Assembly: GCA_050258575.1 (NCBI GenBank)
Contig: JBLMYZ010000047.1
Span: forward strand, 1 to 47,121
DNA length: 47,121 bases
Reading direction: 5' to 3'
DNA from: Acidobacteriota bacterium
GTDB lineage: Bacteria > Patescibacteriota > Saccharimonadia > Saccharimonadales > Saccharimonadaceae
A program made the translations under genes and the position numbers. Positions within the stretch are counted from its first letter, which is position 1. Each line of letters opens with the position of its first letter. This document shows, piece by piece, positions 8,577 through 18,411 of this stretch. The notes below the pieces were generated by a model. That model saw nothing but the letters and a program-made list of their open reading frames with translations. It was not told the origin of the DNA and did not search any database.

Positions 8577-9233
8577 TTACATCACCACGCGGCGTGGCGG
8601 TTGGGCGATGCGTTTTGGGGCGCCGGACGGCACGGCCATAGACGAGGCTTTGGCTCGGAGATCGGCGGCGAGGTCGGGTTTGCCGGTGCGGTCGTAGGCG
8701 TCGGCAAGGATGGTTAGGCTCTGGGGATTTGGTTCAAGCTCGACGGCTTTTTCCAAAGCGGCGATCATTTTTTTGTTGTCGCCAAGTTTTTCCTGTACTT
8801 TGGCGTAAGCGACGTGCCGCGCGGCTAGGTTGCCCTCGAGCTGTATCGCCTGCTCAAACGCCAGGGCGGCTTTGTCATACGCGCCGGTTTCAAAGTAGAT
8901 CAAGCCAACGTTATGCAAGCTCGAAGCACTAGACTCAAGACTTTGAGCGATCTCGAAACATTCGATCGCGTCCTGGTACGCTCGCTGTTTGGCATACAAA
9001 ATACCTAGCCGGTTGTACGCAGTGGCGTTACGTTCGTCGACACGCAAGATAGTCAAGAGTGCCTTTTCTGCCCGCAGATATCGCTGGTCGTTGATACTTT
9101 CTTGTGCGACACCCCATAGTTTGTCCAGATACGACGACATCTTCGACGGCAGCTCGTTGCCCGCGTCGTCGATAGGACGCTGGTAGAGCAGTACCCAGAG
9201 ACCAAGCGCCATAAGAGTCAATAAACCTAGCAT
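8577..9233 (-). CDS. Membrane-anchored tetratricopeptide-repeat protein
   Basis: N-terminal TM helix (LLTLMALGLWVLLY) followed by several TPR-like 34-aa repeats (AYNRLGILYAKQRAYQDAIECFEIA, LHNVGLIYFETGAYDKAALAFEQAI...). Confidence 0.8.
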   Translation of the reverse strand: MLGLLTLMALGLWVLLYQRPIDDAGNELPSKMSSYLDKLWGVAQESINDQRYLRAEKALLTILRVDERNATAYNRLGILYAKQRAYQDAIECFEIAQSLESSASSLHNVGLIYFETGAYDKAALAFEQAIQLEGNLAARHVAYAKVQEKLGDNKKMIAALEKAVELEPNPQSLTILADAYDRTGKPDLAADLRAKASSMAVPSGAPKRIAQPPRRVVM

Positions 9234-9254
9234 ATCACCGACAATTATACCAGA

Positions 9255-10082
9255 TTATAGCCGTTCAGCCATAGCCATGAGCTGTGTCCGCACATGACCG
9301 TTATGCGCTAGGTTGTCGAGTGTCTGCTCGAGTACCTCAGCCGAGGCAACGAGCCGTTCGTTTGACGTGGATACTAGGCTAAAAGCAACGATCTGCGCGA
9401 GCGTTCGAACGAGTTGCTGCGCTGCACTGCGGTCGTTGTACGCAGCGAGCCGCACGAGGCGGTCGTACGGACTGCCGGACAATATAGCTCGGGCGTCAAC
9501 CACGAACTGCGACGACCGCGTAAATAACTCCTGGTCGTCGATGAGCCGATGTAGCTCTGCTGGTCTGCCGCTGGCTAAAAACATCAGCTGGCGAACAGTC
9601 GACTCGTCTACCACGCGCCGTGCACTCAGCAGCTGTTGTGTATCCTGGTCGTTTATAGGTCGTATATCGACCCCTTGCGTACGTGACAAAATCGTTGGTA
9701 GCACAAGCTGCAGCTGGTGGGTTGTCGCGATAAAATACGTCATATCGGTCGGTTCTTCGAGCAGCTTCAAAAACGCATTTTGCGCGTCGTGGCTCATAGC
9801 GTCGATATCGCCAACGATCACAACTTGTTTCGTCTGGCGAGCGTCGCGAGTAGTCACATAGAGCGACCGCACCGTCTCGATAGATATCGTTCCCGCATCG
9901 TCCGGTGTTACTGTGACGATATCCGTCGGGTGCGCCACGACTTCACGAGCCAGTGTCTGAGCGATAGTCCCGAGACCAACGCCGCGTACTCCGGACAGCA
10001 ACAAACCTTGCTGCGGCTGCCGCCGATACGCTTCGAGTAAGACTCGACTCGTTTTGTCGAGATACAACTCGTCGAAAGTCAT
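9255..10082 (-). CDS. holB: DNA polymerase III delta' subunit-like AAA+ clamp-loader protein
   Basis: GLLLSGVRGVGLGTIA (degenerate P-loop), VVIVGDIDAMSHDAQNAFLKLLEEP, LPTILSRTQ. The start was chosen at the ATG at 10082, which overlaps the rluD stop (ATGA). The ORF-track N-extension is rejected. Confidence 0.8.
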   Translation of the reverse strand: MTFDELYLDKTSRVLLEAYRRQPQQGLLLSGVRGVGLGTIAQTLAREVVAHPTDIVTVTPDDAGTISIETVRSLYVTTRDARQTKQVVIVGDIDAMSHDAQNAFLKLLEEPTDMTYFIATTHQLQLVLPTILSRTQGVDIRPINDQDTQQLLSARRVVDESTVRQLMFLASGRPAELHRLIDDQELFTRSSQFVVDARAILSGSPYDRLVRLAAYNDRSAAQQLVRTLAQIVAFSLVSTSNERLVASAEVLEQTLDNLAHNGHVRTQLMAMAERL

Positions 10083-10918
10083 GAAATCTCCTCGACGAGC
10101 TGCTGCATGTCGCTTGGCAATGGCGCTCGAAATGTCGTGCGTCGGCTGGGTGGAATAGTTATTTCCAGTTCGAGGGCATGCAAACAAAGCCGGTGAATTG
10201 GGCTTTTCGGGCCGCCATAGACGGTGTCGCCGACGATTGGACAGCCAATATATGCCATATGGACGCGAAGTTGGTGTGTCCGCCCGGTTTCGGGTCGCAG
10301 TTCGACGACGCTGTACTTCCCGTTGGCCGCCAATACTTTGTAGCGAGTAACGGCCGGTTTTCCTTTGGCGCCGACTCGAAACAAACTTGGCGTTTTCGGG
10401 TTGCGTTCGATCGGCAGGTCAAGCCTGGCCTCGTCTAGTTTCGGCCGGCCGCTTACCACTGCTAGGTACGTTTTGTGGGCTTTTCTGTCTTGAAATTGTT
10501 TCTGCAACAGCCGTTTGGTAGCGGCGTCTTTGGCGGCGATCAGTACGCCGCTCGTCATTCGGTCTAGCCGATGTACGATGCCTGGCCGGTTTGTGTCGTC
10601 TGGCTCGTTCATGCGCGGACGAACAAATTCGGCGACACTAAACTCTTCGGTCAGTGCGCCTTTGGCGTGCGTCAACACACCGCTCGGTTTGTCTACAACA
10701 ACCACGTGGTCGTCCTCATACACTACAGGTAGCGTGTCAGACGTGTCATACGCTACAGGTAGCGTACCGATCGTAATATCGTCGTCCTCACTCACTTCCC
10801 TGCGGCAAATGTACGCCGGGCAGTCGTTGACGTACACCAGCCCTAGTTCGATGTATTTTTGCCAGATCGCCCGCGAATGTTCCGGGTACTCTTCGGCCAT
10901 GTATTTGTCGAGTCTCAT
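10079..10918 (-). CDS. rluD: RluA-family 23S rRNA pseudouridine synthase (RluD-like) with an S4 domain
   Basis: MRLDKYM... S4 domain, HRLDRMTSGVLI catalytic motif, and a GRTHQLRVH-type motif. The start at 10918 overlaps the trpS stop (ATGA). Confidence 0.88.
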   Translation of the reverse strand: MRLDKYMAEEYPEHSRAIWQKYIELGLVYVNDCPAYICRREVSEDDDITIGTLPVAYDTSDTLPVVYEDDHVVVVDKPSGVLTHAKGALTEEFSVAEFVRPRMNEPDDTNRPGIVHRLDRMTSGVLIAAKDAATKRLLQKQFQDRKAHKTYLAVVSGRPKLDEARLDLPIERNPKTPSLFRVGAKGKPAVTRYKVLAANGKYSVVELRPETGRTHQLRVHMAYIGCPIVGDTVYGGPKSPIHRLCLHALELEITIPPSRRTTFRAPLPSDMQQLVEEIS

Positions 10919-11943
10919 ACCCGTAAACCGACGGCTTTTTGCACCCGTAACAGCGTATCGTTTGCGACCGCCGACATAGCCGCCTCGTTGGCGGTAAGTT
11001 TCGCCATGACGTCGTCGTCTGAAATATTGGCCAGTCGCGTTTGAAATGTCGCTAGAAAATCTTGTACTGCTTCGGCCACCGCGTTTTTCAGGTCGCCGTA
11101 ACGCGTCGTGCCTTCCCATTCGGCATTAACATGCGCCTGGTCGCGCTGAGTCAACAGGGCGAGCAGCTGTAGCAAGTTTGTCACACCGGGCTGGTTTTCC
11201 CAGTCAAAATGTACTTCGCCGAGACTGTCGGTAGTCGCGCTCATGATCTTTTTGGCGGCAACCGACGGCTCGTCACTCAGAAGTATTTTGGATTTTTCAT
11301 CGGTTGAGCTTTTGCTCATTTTTTTAGCCGGGTCGGTGAGATTGCGCACACGCAGGCCGTTGTCGCGCTGCAAAAACTTCATTTGGTCAGCCGTCGCAAC
11401 CGGTACGGTAAACAGCTCGCCAAACTTGTTGTTTATGCGTTCGGCGATGTCGCGCGTGATCTCGAGGTGCTGGAACTGGTCCTCGCCCACTGGCACATAC
11501 CGTGCGTTGTAGAGCAATATGTCGGCCGCCATGAGTACCGGGTAGTTCATCAGCCCCATCGTAACACTCGCGCCTGGCTCCGAAGACTTATCTTTAAACT
11601 GAATCATGCGCTGCATCTCGCCGACATATGTAAAACAGTCGAGAATCCACGTCATTTCGCTATGGGCAGGTATGTAACTCTGGCGATAAAGAAAAGTGTC
11701 TGGGTTGTCGATATCGAGCCCGGCAGCGATGAAATATTTGATATTTTGCAGGGTGTGCGCGTACAACGAATGGTGGTCAACTGGCGTCGTGAAGCTGTGC
11801 AGATCCGGCACAAACATGTTGATTTGGTACTCACCCGCGTAGCGTTGTTGCATTGCCACCATAGGAACGAACGCGCCCAGATAGTTTCCTAGTGTTGGCT
11901 CTTCGTTGCTGCGTATTCCCGTCAAAATCACTTCTTTGCTCAT
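10915..11943 (-). CDS. trpS: Tryptophan--tRNA ligase
   Basis: Class I signatures TLGNYLG (HIGH variant) and KMSKS, with the overall TrpS pattern (GEDQ.QH.E..RDIA.R.N). Confidence 0.93.
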   Translation of the reverse strand: MSKEVILTGIRSNEEPTLGNYLGAFVPMVAMQQRYAGEYQINMFVPDLHSFTTPVDHHSLYAHTLQNIKYFIAAGLDIDNPDTFLYRQSYIPAHSEMTWILDCFTYVGEMQRMIQFKDKSSEPGASVTMGLMNYPVLMAADILLYNARYVPVGEDQFQHLEITRDIAERINNKFGELFTVPVATADQMKFLQRDNGLRVRNLTDPAKKMSKSSTDEKSKILLSDEPSVAAKKIMSATTDSLGEVHFDWENQPGVTNLLQLLALLTQRDQAHVNAEWEGTTRYGDLKNAVAEAVQDFLATFQTRLANISDDDVMAKLTANEAAMSAVANDTLLRVQKAVGLRV

Positions 11944-11950
11944 ATAGCTT

Positions 11951-11956
11951 ATTATA
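11951..11956 (-). promoter_or_regulatory. Consensus -10 (TATAAT) 7 nt upstream of the trpS ATG
   Basis: Minus strand: TATAAT aagctat ATG. No Shine-Dalgarno. Its -35 would lie inside the divergent gene. Confidence 0.45.
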
Positions 11957-11958
11957 CC

Positions 11959-11967
11959 TGATATACT
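11959..11967 (+). promoter_or_regulatory. Extended -10 (TGaTATACT) 6 nt upstream of the ATG at 11974
   Basis: TGA TATACT gctggt ATG. No Shine-Dalgarno. Confidence 0.5.
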
Positions 11968-11973
11968 GCTGGT

Positions 11974-12852
11974 ATGACATCGTTCGATAGTTTGACGGTC
12001 ATATATAACCCCAAAAGCAGCGGTGATGCACCGAAACTAGCGCGGCAGTTTCAAAAAGATTGCGCCAAGCGGGGTTTGCACGCGGTGCTTGTACCGACAG
12101 CCCGCGCTGGCCACGCAACAGAGATAGCACGCCGCGTAGCTGAGCAGCCAGGAACGCCTCTTGTTGTGTCGGTGAGTGGCGACGGTGGATATAACGAAGT
12201 GATTCATGGCGTTATGAGCGCCAAGCGGCCTCGAGGTGCTGACAGGCCTATCGTGGCGTTAATTGCCGCCGGCAACGCCAACGACCACTACCGCGTCATG
12301 CATGACAGCACGCCGCTTGTCGAGCGTATCGAACACGATATCGCAAAACCGCTCGATATTTTGGAGCTGACAACTGACCATGTCACCGCTTTCGCACACT
12401 CGTATATTGGCTTTGGTGTGACGGCGAAAGCCAGTGCCAAACTCAACCAGAGCAGCAAAACACTGTCTGGCGAAATCTCCTCAGTTGTGCGTGCAGTGTG
12501 GCAACAACAGCCATTTCGTGTAACCACTAACGGGCATACAAAACACTACACCAGTCTAGTGTGTGCAAACATCAATCAGATGGCTAAAGTGGTTAAATTT
12601 GCCGACAGTACCAACGCCCGCGACGGGTATTTTGAACTGATTGAGCACGAGACACTGTCTCTTGGTGCGCTCTTGTTCGGCTGGCTGCGTCGCAACAAAG
12701 CGGTTGCCTACTACAAACAACTGTCGTTCACAACTGACACGCTGACCGCGCAGCTTGACGGCGATACTATAACACTAGCCGTCAAAGCACCAGTGACAGT
12801 CACTGTACGTTGTCGCAAACACGCTCTTCGCTCCTACTACGCCAATGCCTGA
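11974..12852 (+). CDS. Diacylglycerol/lipid kinase family protein (DAGK catalytic domain, YegS-like)
   Basis: VIYNPKSSG..., VSVSGDGGYNEV, AAGNANDH. Confidence 0.8.
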   Translation: MTSFDSLTVIYNPKSSGDAPKLARQFQKDCAKRGLHAVLVPTARAGHATEIARRVAEQPGTPLVVSVSGDGGYNEVIHGVMSAKRPRGADRPIVALIAAGNANDHYRVMHDSTPLVERIEHDIAKPLDILELTTDHVTAFAHSYIGFGVTAKASAKLNQSSKTLSGEISSVVRAVWQQQPFRVTTNGHTKHYTSLVCANINQMAKVVKFADSTNARDGYFELIEHETLSLGALLFGWLRRNKAVAYYKQLSFTTDTLTAQLDGDTITLAVKAPVTVTVRCRKHALRSYYANA

Positions 12853-12880
12853 AAAAAGCCGCTGCAAAACAGCGGCAATT
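12852..12880. terminator. Bidirectional hairpin between the convergent lipid kinase gene and rpsJ
   Basis: AAAAAA-GCCGCTG-caaaa-CAGCGGC-AATTT. Confidence 0.65.
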
Positions 12881-12898
12881 TCATGAGATACAAACGAG

Positions 12899-13219
12899 TT
12901 ACATGCGGATTTCTGCGTCGCAGCCTGCCGGTAAGCTGAGGTTTTGCAGGCTGTCGATGGTTTTTGGCGTCGCACCGATAATGTCGATCAGCCGTTTGTG
13001 AACGCGCATTTCGAACACTTCCCCGCCCTTTTTGTACACATGCGGACTCTTGACAACCGTGTAGGTGCTGCGTCGAGTTGGTAGCGGCACCGGGCCGGCG
13101 ATCTGTGCGCCGGTGCGAACAGCGGTGTCAATAATTTGTTTAGCTGACTGGTCGATGACCTTGTGGTCATAGGCCTTCAAGCGAATACGAATTCGCGGGG
13201 CTGCAGGTTGATCTGCCAT
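12899..13219 (-). CDS. rpsJ: 30S ribosomal protein S10
   Basis: [37 protein letters not shown]....TV.KSPHV.KK..E.FEMR.HKRLIDI. Confidence 0.97.
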   Translation of the reverse strand: MADQPAAPRIRIRLKAYDHKVIDQSAKQIIDTAVRTGAQIAGPVPLPTRRSTYTVVKSPHVYKKGGEVFEMRVHKRLIDIIGATPKTIDSLQNLSLPAGCDAEIRM

Positions 13220-13390
13220 GCTGTAGTCTCCTTTGGCGAGCTAGTGCGCTAGAGAACCAGTAACGAAGCGTCTACTTGCGTACTAGGCTATTCGCTAACC
13301 AGCTACCTTATATTGTGTTCCGTAACCTGTGTATGAAACGTCTCTTCTCACGTCACACCCAGTTCTCGAAACGATGATATTACAAGAGAA

Positions 13391-13399
13391 AGTATACCA
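13391..13399 (-). promoter_or_regulatory. Extended -10 (TGgTATACT), candidate rpsJ promoter with a ~165-nt leader
   Basis: Minus strand: TGG TATACT at 13399-13391, immediately after the ldh stop. Confidence 0.45.
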
Positions 13400-13419
13400 T
13401 AGTGCTAGCAAAAAGAAAA

Positions 13420-14349
13420 CTACTGGCGAACGGTGTCGATTGCCTGGCGGACAACATCTGCTGAAGTGTGAAGTTTTGCCACCTCGTTGTCACTAAGTTC
13501 GTACCCGCTCAAGATCTTAACGCCTTCGTTGTTGACCGTGCTTGGAACGCCTAGAACAACGTCGCTCAGGCCGTACTCGCCGTCAAACAGCGAACAAACC
13601 GGGAAAATACTATACGTCGAACGTCGTAACGCCGTAACTACTTTGCAGATCACCAGGCCTATCGCGTAGTAGGTCGATTTTTTCGTCTCGATCACTTTGT
13701 AGGCGCGGTCGCGGATCTTTTGGTCGATCTCGCTGTAGTCGCGGTCCTCGTACCCGGGAAACTTGCGTAGCGCAATATCGCCGACATTTGCGCGCTCAAT
13801 GGTTGAAAACGACGAATCGCCGTGCTCGCCTAGCACATAGGCGTCAACTTCGCGGCTATGGACGTTTAGCTCGTCGGCAATTGTCGCCCTCAACCGTGAC
13901 GTATCAAGCGTTGTTCCAGTACCAAACACGCGGCCTTTTGGCAGCCCAAACTCAGTCGACGCGATATAGGTCAGCACATCGACCGGGTTCGCGACCATTA
14001 CTACAAACGGCTGTCGTCCATCACGCGTTATCTCTGTCAAAATGCTGCGAATAATACCTGCGTTCACTCCGAGTAACTCGAGTCGGCTCTGACCTGGTAG
14101 CTGCGGTGCTCCTGCTGTAATAACAACGATATCCTGGCTCGTTACTTCGTCATATGTGCCAGTTCGCACCAATACGCCGCTGTCAAAACCCATGGCATCG
14201 TTGATGTCCGCTGCCTGACCCCACACGAGCTGTTCGTTGACATCAACAAGAACGATCTTTTCGGCTACTTTGTTGAGCGCCATTGCGTACGCCGCCGCTG
14301 ACCCAACCATACCACCGCCGCCAACCACAAATACTTTTTGCTTCGCCAT
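13420..14349 (-). CDS. ldh: L-lactate dehydrogenase (LDH/MDH superfamily)
   Basis: KVFVVGGGGMVGSAAAY (NAD fold), VLVDV, ITAGAPQLPGQSRLEL, GEHGDS. Confidence 0.9.
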   Translation of the reverse strand: MAKQKVFVVGGGGMVGSAAAYAMALNKVAEKIVLVDVNEQLVWGQAADINDAMGFDSGVLVRTGTYDEVTSQDIVVITAGAPQLPGQSRLELLGVNAGIIRSILTEITRDGRQPFVVMVANPVDVLTYIASTEFGLPKGRVFGTGTTLDTSRLRATIADELNVHSREVDAYVLGEHGDSSFSTIERANVGDIALRKFPGYEDRDYSEIDQKIRDRAYKVIETKKSTYYAIGLVICKVVTALRRSTYSIFPVCSLFDGEYGLSDVVLGVPSTVNNEGVKILSGYELSDNEVAKLHTSADVVRQAIDTVRQ

Positions 14350-14382
14350 ATTGCCTCCCCTCTTTTACCTCGATTATACCAC

Positions 14383-14391
14383 AAGCACATA
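14383..14391 (-). promoter_or_regulatory. Extended -10 (TGgTATAAT) upstream of ldh (short leader with GAGGGGAGG)
   Basis: Minus strand: TGG TATAAT cgaggtaaaagaggggaggcaat ATG. Confidence 0.5.
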
Positions 14392-14395
14392 TAAC

Positions 14396-14420
14396 AAAAC
14401 CCCGGTGTTCCCGGGGTTTT
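14396..14420 (-). terminator. Intrinsic terminator after tuf
   Basis: AAAA-CCCCGG-tgttc-CCGGGG-TTTT. It is symmetric, and on the minus strand it is followed by TTTTGTT. Confidence 0.8.
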
Positions 14421-14447
14421 GCGGTCAGTTGCCTGTTTTCAAGGAAA

Positions 14448-15629
14448 CTATTTGTTGATCTTCGTGACAACACCAGCACCAACGGTGCGGCCGCCTTCGC
14501 GGATAGCAAAGTTGAGACCTTGCTCCATAGCGATCGGGGCGAGCAAAGTAACCTTGAAAGTCACGGTGTCGCCAGGCATGACCATTTCTTTGTCGGCTGG
14601 CAGCTCGACTTCACCGGTGACGTCAGTCGTACGGAAGTAGAACTGTGGTTTGTAGCCTTTGAAGAATGGCGTGTGTCGCCCACCTTCCTCTTTGGTGAGG
14701 ACGTAGACTTCAGCGTCAAACTCAGTGTGCGGGGTGATACTACCTGGTTTGGCAATCACCTGACCGCGCTCGATGTCGTCGCGCTCAATACCGCGGAGCA
14801 GCAGCCCGGCGTTGTCGCCAGCCTGACCTTGGTCGAGGTTCTTTTTGAACGCTTCGATCCCGGTGACGACTGTTTTTTGGCTTGGGCGGATACCGATAAT
14901 CTCAACTTCGTCGTTAAGTTTGACGATACCTTGCTCGATACGACCAGTTGCCACCGTACCGCGACCCTTGATACTAAAGACATCTTCGATCGGCATGAGG
15001 AACGGTTTGTCGAGGTCGCGAGTTGGCTCTGGGATGTAGTCGTCCATAGCGTGAACGAGCTCCATGATAGCGTCTTCGTAAGCAGCGTCGCCTTCGAGTG
15101 CTTTCAGAGCTGAACCTTTGATGATCGGGGCTTCACGGTCAAAACCGTTTTTCGCCAGCAGGTCGCGAACGTCCTCTTCGACGAGCTCAACCAGCTCAGC
15201 GTCTGCCATGTCCATCTTGTTCAAGAAAACAAGAATCTTCGGCACACCGACCTGTTTTGCGAGCAGCACGTGCTCACGAGTTTGCGGCATTGGGCCGTCA
15301 GCGGCTGACACCACGAGAATAGCACCGTCAACCTGAGCAGCACCGGTGATCATGTTTTTCACATAGTCAGCGTGGCCAGGCATGTCGACGTGCGCATAGT
15401 GGCGTTTTTCGGTTTCGTATTCTTGGTGGCTCGTTGCGATAGTAATACCGCGAGCTTTTTCCTCTGGTGCGTTGTCGATCTGATCGTACGCGATTGGTTT
15501 GTTGACGTCGCTTGGAAGTTTTTTCGCAAGCACAGCGGTGATCGCTGCAGTCAAAGTGGTTTTACCGTGGTCGACGTGACCCATGGTACCGACGTTGACG
15601 TGGGGTTTGCTTCGGTCAAAATCTGCCAT
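14448..15629 (-). CDS. tuf: Elongation factor Tu
   Basis: [21 protein letters not shown] and full-length EF-Tu similarity. Confidence 0.99.
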   Translation of the reverse strand: MADFDRSKPHVNVGTMGHVDHGKTTLTAAITAVLAKKLPSDVNKPIAYDQIDNAPEEKARGITIATSHQEYETEKRHYAHVDMPGHADYVKNMITGAAQVDGAILVVSAADGPMPQTREHVLLAKQVGVPKILVFLNKMDMADAELVELVEEDVRDLLAKNGFDREAPIIKGSALKALEGDAAYEDAIMELVHAMDDYIPEPTRDLDKPFLMPIEDVFSIKGRGTVATGRIEQGIVKLNDEVEIIGIRPSQKTVVTGIEAFKKNLDQGQAGDNAGLLLRGIERDDIERGQVIAKPGSITPHTEFDAEVYVLTKEEGGRHTPFFKGYKPQFYFRTTDVTGEVELPADKEMVMPGDTVTFKVTLLAPIAMEQGLNFAIREGGRTVGAGVVTKINK

Positions 15630-15805
15630 AGAGATTTATCACTCCTTCGTTAATTGTTATTGCCGCGACGCGACTATAAACATAGCGTCGCGCGCTTAGT
15701 TATCAATTATAAAGATTCTCTGTCAATCTGTAAAGTCCCATGTCGCGACTTCATTGCGATTTCCTTCAGGTTGTTTTCAGGAAGTTCCCAGTATAGTTGA
15801 GGTAT

Positions 15806-17104
15806 ATGAAAGACTCAACCAAACGTCTCTTGCTTATTTTTACCCTTGTTACCACGCTCGTACCGCCGTTTTTGCTACTGCCGTTTCCGGCACTCATGAC
15901 GCCAAGCACGGTCAGTGTTTGGCTGGCTGATACGCTCGGGTATGTCGGTATCGTCCTGCTGCTTTGGATGTCAGCCCTCGGAGCAAAAAGTCTCGCTGGG
16001 CTGGTGTTTCGCGACCTCGCACCAGTGTTGCAGTTGCACAAGTGGCTCGGAACATATGCTGTTGTCCTGATCTTTGCTCATCCGCTGCTAGTTATGCTAG
16101 GCTACGGCGAAACGCTCCTCTACCCGTTTCTGCCTGCTGTAGGCACGGTGTTTGAACGCGGCGTCACTCTGGGGCGTATTGGGCTATGGGTGCTGCTGCT
16201 TACGTGGGTAAGTTCTGCGCTACTACGCGGTCGAATGGCATTTCGCCCCTGGAAATATCTACATTACCTCGCCTACCTCACCGTACCCTTTGCACTACTT
16301 CATATTCCGAACACCGGGTCGTATTTTATGTCTGAAACGCTCGTCAAAGGCTACTTTTTGACACTCGTGGTAGCGTTTGTTGTCGTTACGCTTCTCCGTC
16401 TCCGCGGTTGGTTGGGGCTCGACACGGTAGCGTACCGCGTTCACGAACAGCAACGTCTGAACGAAACAGATTTTTTGCTCGTTCTTGAACCGACTGGTGC
16501 GCAGCGACTCCAGCCTCGGCGCGGACAGTATAGTTACCTGCGACTCGGCGGTATCAGTGAAGATCACCCATTTTCGATACTTGACTACGACCAGTCAACC
16601 GGTCGCCTGACGTTTGCTTACCGGGTCTATGGCAGCTATACGCGGCTAATGTCGCAGCTCCAACCCGGGCAGCTCGTCAAAGTTGGCGGACCGTACGGCG
16701 AATTTATGGCCGATATCGACTCGCACGATCGACTACTCGTGTATATATCGGGAGGTATTGGGATCACGCCGTTTCTTGCGCCGCTGCGCCACTACGCCGG
16801 CGGACGCGAACAATGGCTGTTCGCCGCCAACCGCACACACGCGTCGGCGAGCTTGCTCCGCGAAGCTTATAGCCAGATCGGCGATCATCTTGTTGCGGTA
16901 TTTAGCCGCGAATCCACGCCGCCAGGTCCCGGTGAGCGCCGCGGCCGGATCAACACAGATATGCTGCAAGAAGCACTCAAACACCCCGCACGCTACGAAT
17001 ATTACCTCTGCGGTCCGCCCGCCATGATGCACGACGTGTCGCTAGCGGTCGAGCGTCTCGCTGTTCCGCGTTCACAGATTCATGCTGAAAAGTTCGGTTG
17101 GTAG
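15806..17104 (+). CDS. Prokaryotic NOX/ferric-reductase-like protein: a 6-TM di-haem domain fused to an FAD/NAD(P)H dehydrogenase domain
   Basis: Bis-His pairs H-x13-H (LHKW...FAHP) and H-x12-H (YLHYL...LLHIP) in TM helices. HPFSI (FAD), GGIGITPF and YYLCGPPAMM (NAD(P)H). The start is ambiguous: ATG at 15806 or TTG at 15797. Confidence 0.8.
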   Translation: MKDSTKRLLLIFTLVTTLVPPFLLLPFPALMTPSTVSVWLADTLGYVGIVLLLWMSALGAKSLAGLVFRDLAPVLQLHKWLGTYAVVLIFAHPLLVMLGYGETLLYPFLPAVGTVFERGVTLGRIGLWVLLLTWVSSALLRGRMAFRPWKYLHYLAYLTVPFALLHIPNTGSYFMSETLVKGYFLTLVVAFVVVTLLRLRGWLGLDTVAYRVHEQQRLNETDFLLVLEPTGAQRLQPRRGQYSYLRLGGISEDHPFSILDYDQSTGRLTFAYRVYGSYTRLMSQLQPGQLVKVGGPYGEFMADIDSHDRLLVYISGGIGITPFLAPLRHYAGGREQWLFAANRTHASASLLREAYSQIGDHLVAVFSRESTPPGPGERRGRINTDMLQEALKHPARYEYYLCGPPAMMHDVSLAVERLAVPRSQIHAEKFGW

Positions 17105-17112
17105 ACGACCGT

Positions 17113-17916
17113 CTACGGCAACAAAATAACCTGTGCGTGATATGCCTGCGACAGCGGCTGCTCAAGCTTTGGTCGAATGAGCAGCACTGTCGCTAACACA
17201 TCGGCAACAAGCGCCGTGTCAGCTCGGACAAAACTTGCCACCACAGGGCTGTCGCTTGGCATACCCGTCGCCGGGTCAATGATATGATGTCGTTCTGTTT
17301 GCCCCTGTTTCCACGCCCGTTTGACGACCGAACTAGCCGCCAGCGCTCCCTGACGTATGAGCGTCTGACCAACTTGTTTGTTTGCGTTATGAGGATGTTC
17401 CAGAGCTATTTTGACCGGCTGTTTCGACGAAACATACAGGTCGCCGCCACCGTTTACGATAAACTGCGCGACACCGTGACGGCGCAGCAGTCTAGCATAC
17501 TGGTCGATCAACCAACCTTTACCAAGCCCACCAAAATCAATCACCGTCCCTTTTGTGACGGTAACGCGGTGTTTGTCCCAACTAAGCTTGGGTTTCTGCG
17601 GCCCCGGCGCGTCGTGAGCAACCCGTCCATATCCGAGCCGCTCGAGATCATTGCCAACCGGCACGTCAAATACACCGTCAGTTGTCTCGTGAAATTCACG
17701 CGTTCGGTCGAGCATCTGGAGTAGTTCTGTGGGCGGCGACACCAGTACGCCCTGCCGTGCGAGTGTTGCCACGAGCGAATCGTCGCGAAAACGGCTATAA
17801 CGCAGGTCAAACTCGGCGGTGTAGTGCTCGATCTCGTCACGACAGGCATGACCAATACGCTGGCCGTCTAGTGGTTCGATCCACCAGTGCGTTCCTATAG
17901 CGTCAAACTCGTACAT
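17113..17916 (-). CDS. apbE: FAD:protein FMN transferase (ApbE family)
   Basis: IDFGGLGKGWLID, NGGGDLY, HHIIDPATG. Confidence 0.88.
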   Translation of the reverse strand: MYEFDAIGTHWWIEPLDGQRIGHACRDEIEHYTAEFDLRYSRFRDDSLVATLARQGVLVSPPTELLQMLDRTREFHETTDGVFDVPVGNDLERLGYGRVAHDAPGPQKPKLSWDKHRVTVTKGTVIDFGGLGKGWLIDQYARLLRRHGVAQFIVNGGGDLYVSSKQPVKIALEHPHNANKQVGQTLIRQGALAASSVVKRAWKQGQTERHHIIDPATGMPSDSPVVASFVRADTALVADVLATVLLIRPKLEQPLSQAYHAQVILLP

Positions 17917-17919
17917 AGT

Positions 17920-18411
17920 CTAGGCCGTGGCTTGCGACGCGACATCAGTGAGCGTTTCGCTAAACGCTTCAGTTGTTAGGCTCGCTCCGCCAATACGGCT
18001 CGGTGACACCGTGATCGATTCTCCCACGACCGCGCTGTTCAGCCCGCTCTCGAAGCTGTCAATATACTGCTGCGACTCGTGATCGATAGAGCTATTCGAA
18101 GTTGAAACAGCGGTGATCTTGCCACCGGCAATAGTCACGGTCGTCGTAATACTATTTGAACCGTGTGGTACGCTGTACGATGTCGTTGCGGTGTACGTAC
18201 CGTCCTTGTAGCTCGCAGTTGTGGCAGTTGTCTGGTCGGTTGTTTCAGTGGTTGTTGGTGTTGTAGTCACGGCTTCGCTCGACGTAGGCGATGAGCTCGC
18301 CGGTGCGGTAGTAGTGTCTTGTTCGAGGAACAAAAACGCGCCTGTCGCGCCAGCTGCTGCCAAAATCGCGACCGTGCCAACAACAACAAATAGTTTATTG
18401 CGCGTATCCAC
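17920..18411 (-). CDS. Exported FMN-binding-domain protein (predicted ApbE substrate)
   Basis: Signal anchor, then a Thr/Ser/Pro linker, then YKDGTYTATTSY...VTIAGGKITAV...SRIGGASLTTEAF (FMN_bind-like, flavinylation-type GA[ST] motif). The start was taken at the GTG at 18411 (GGAG 8 nt upstream, overlapping the upstream stop). The ORF track extends it to 18513. Confidence 0.7.
   Translation of the reverse strand: MDTRNKLFVVVGTVAILAAAGATGAFLFLEQDTTTAPASSSPTSSEAVTTTPTTTETTDQTTATTASYKDGTYTATTSYSVPHGSNSITTTVTIAGGKITAVSTSNSSIDHESQQYIDSFESGLNSAVVGESITVSPSRIGGASLTTEAFSETLTDVASQATA

Noticed and set aside
14283-15113. 276-aa plus-strand ORF
   Set aside because: It is entirely antisense to tuf and is a typical shadow ORF of a highly conserved GC-biased gene.
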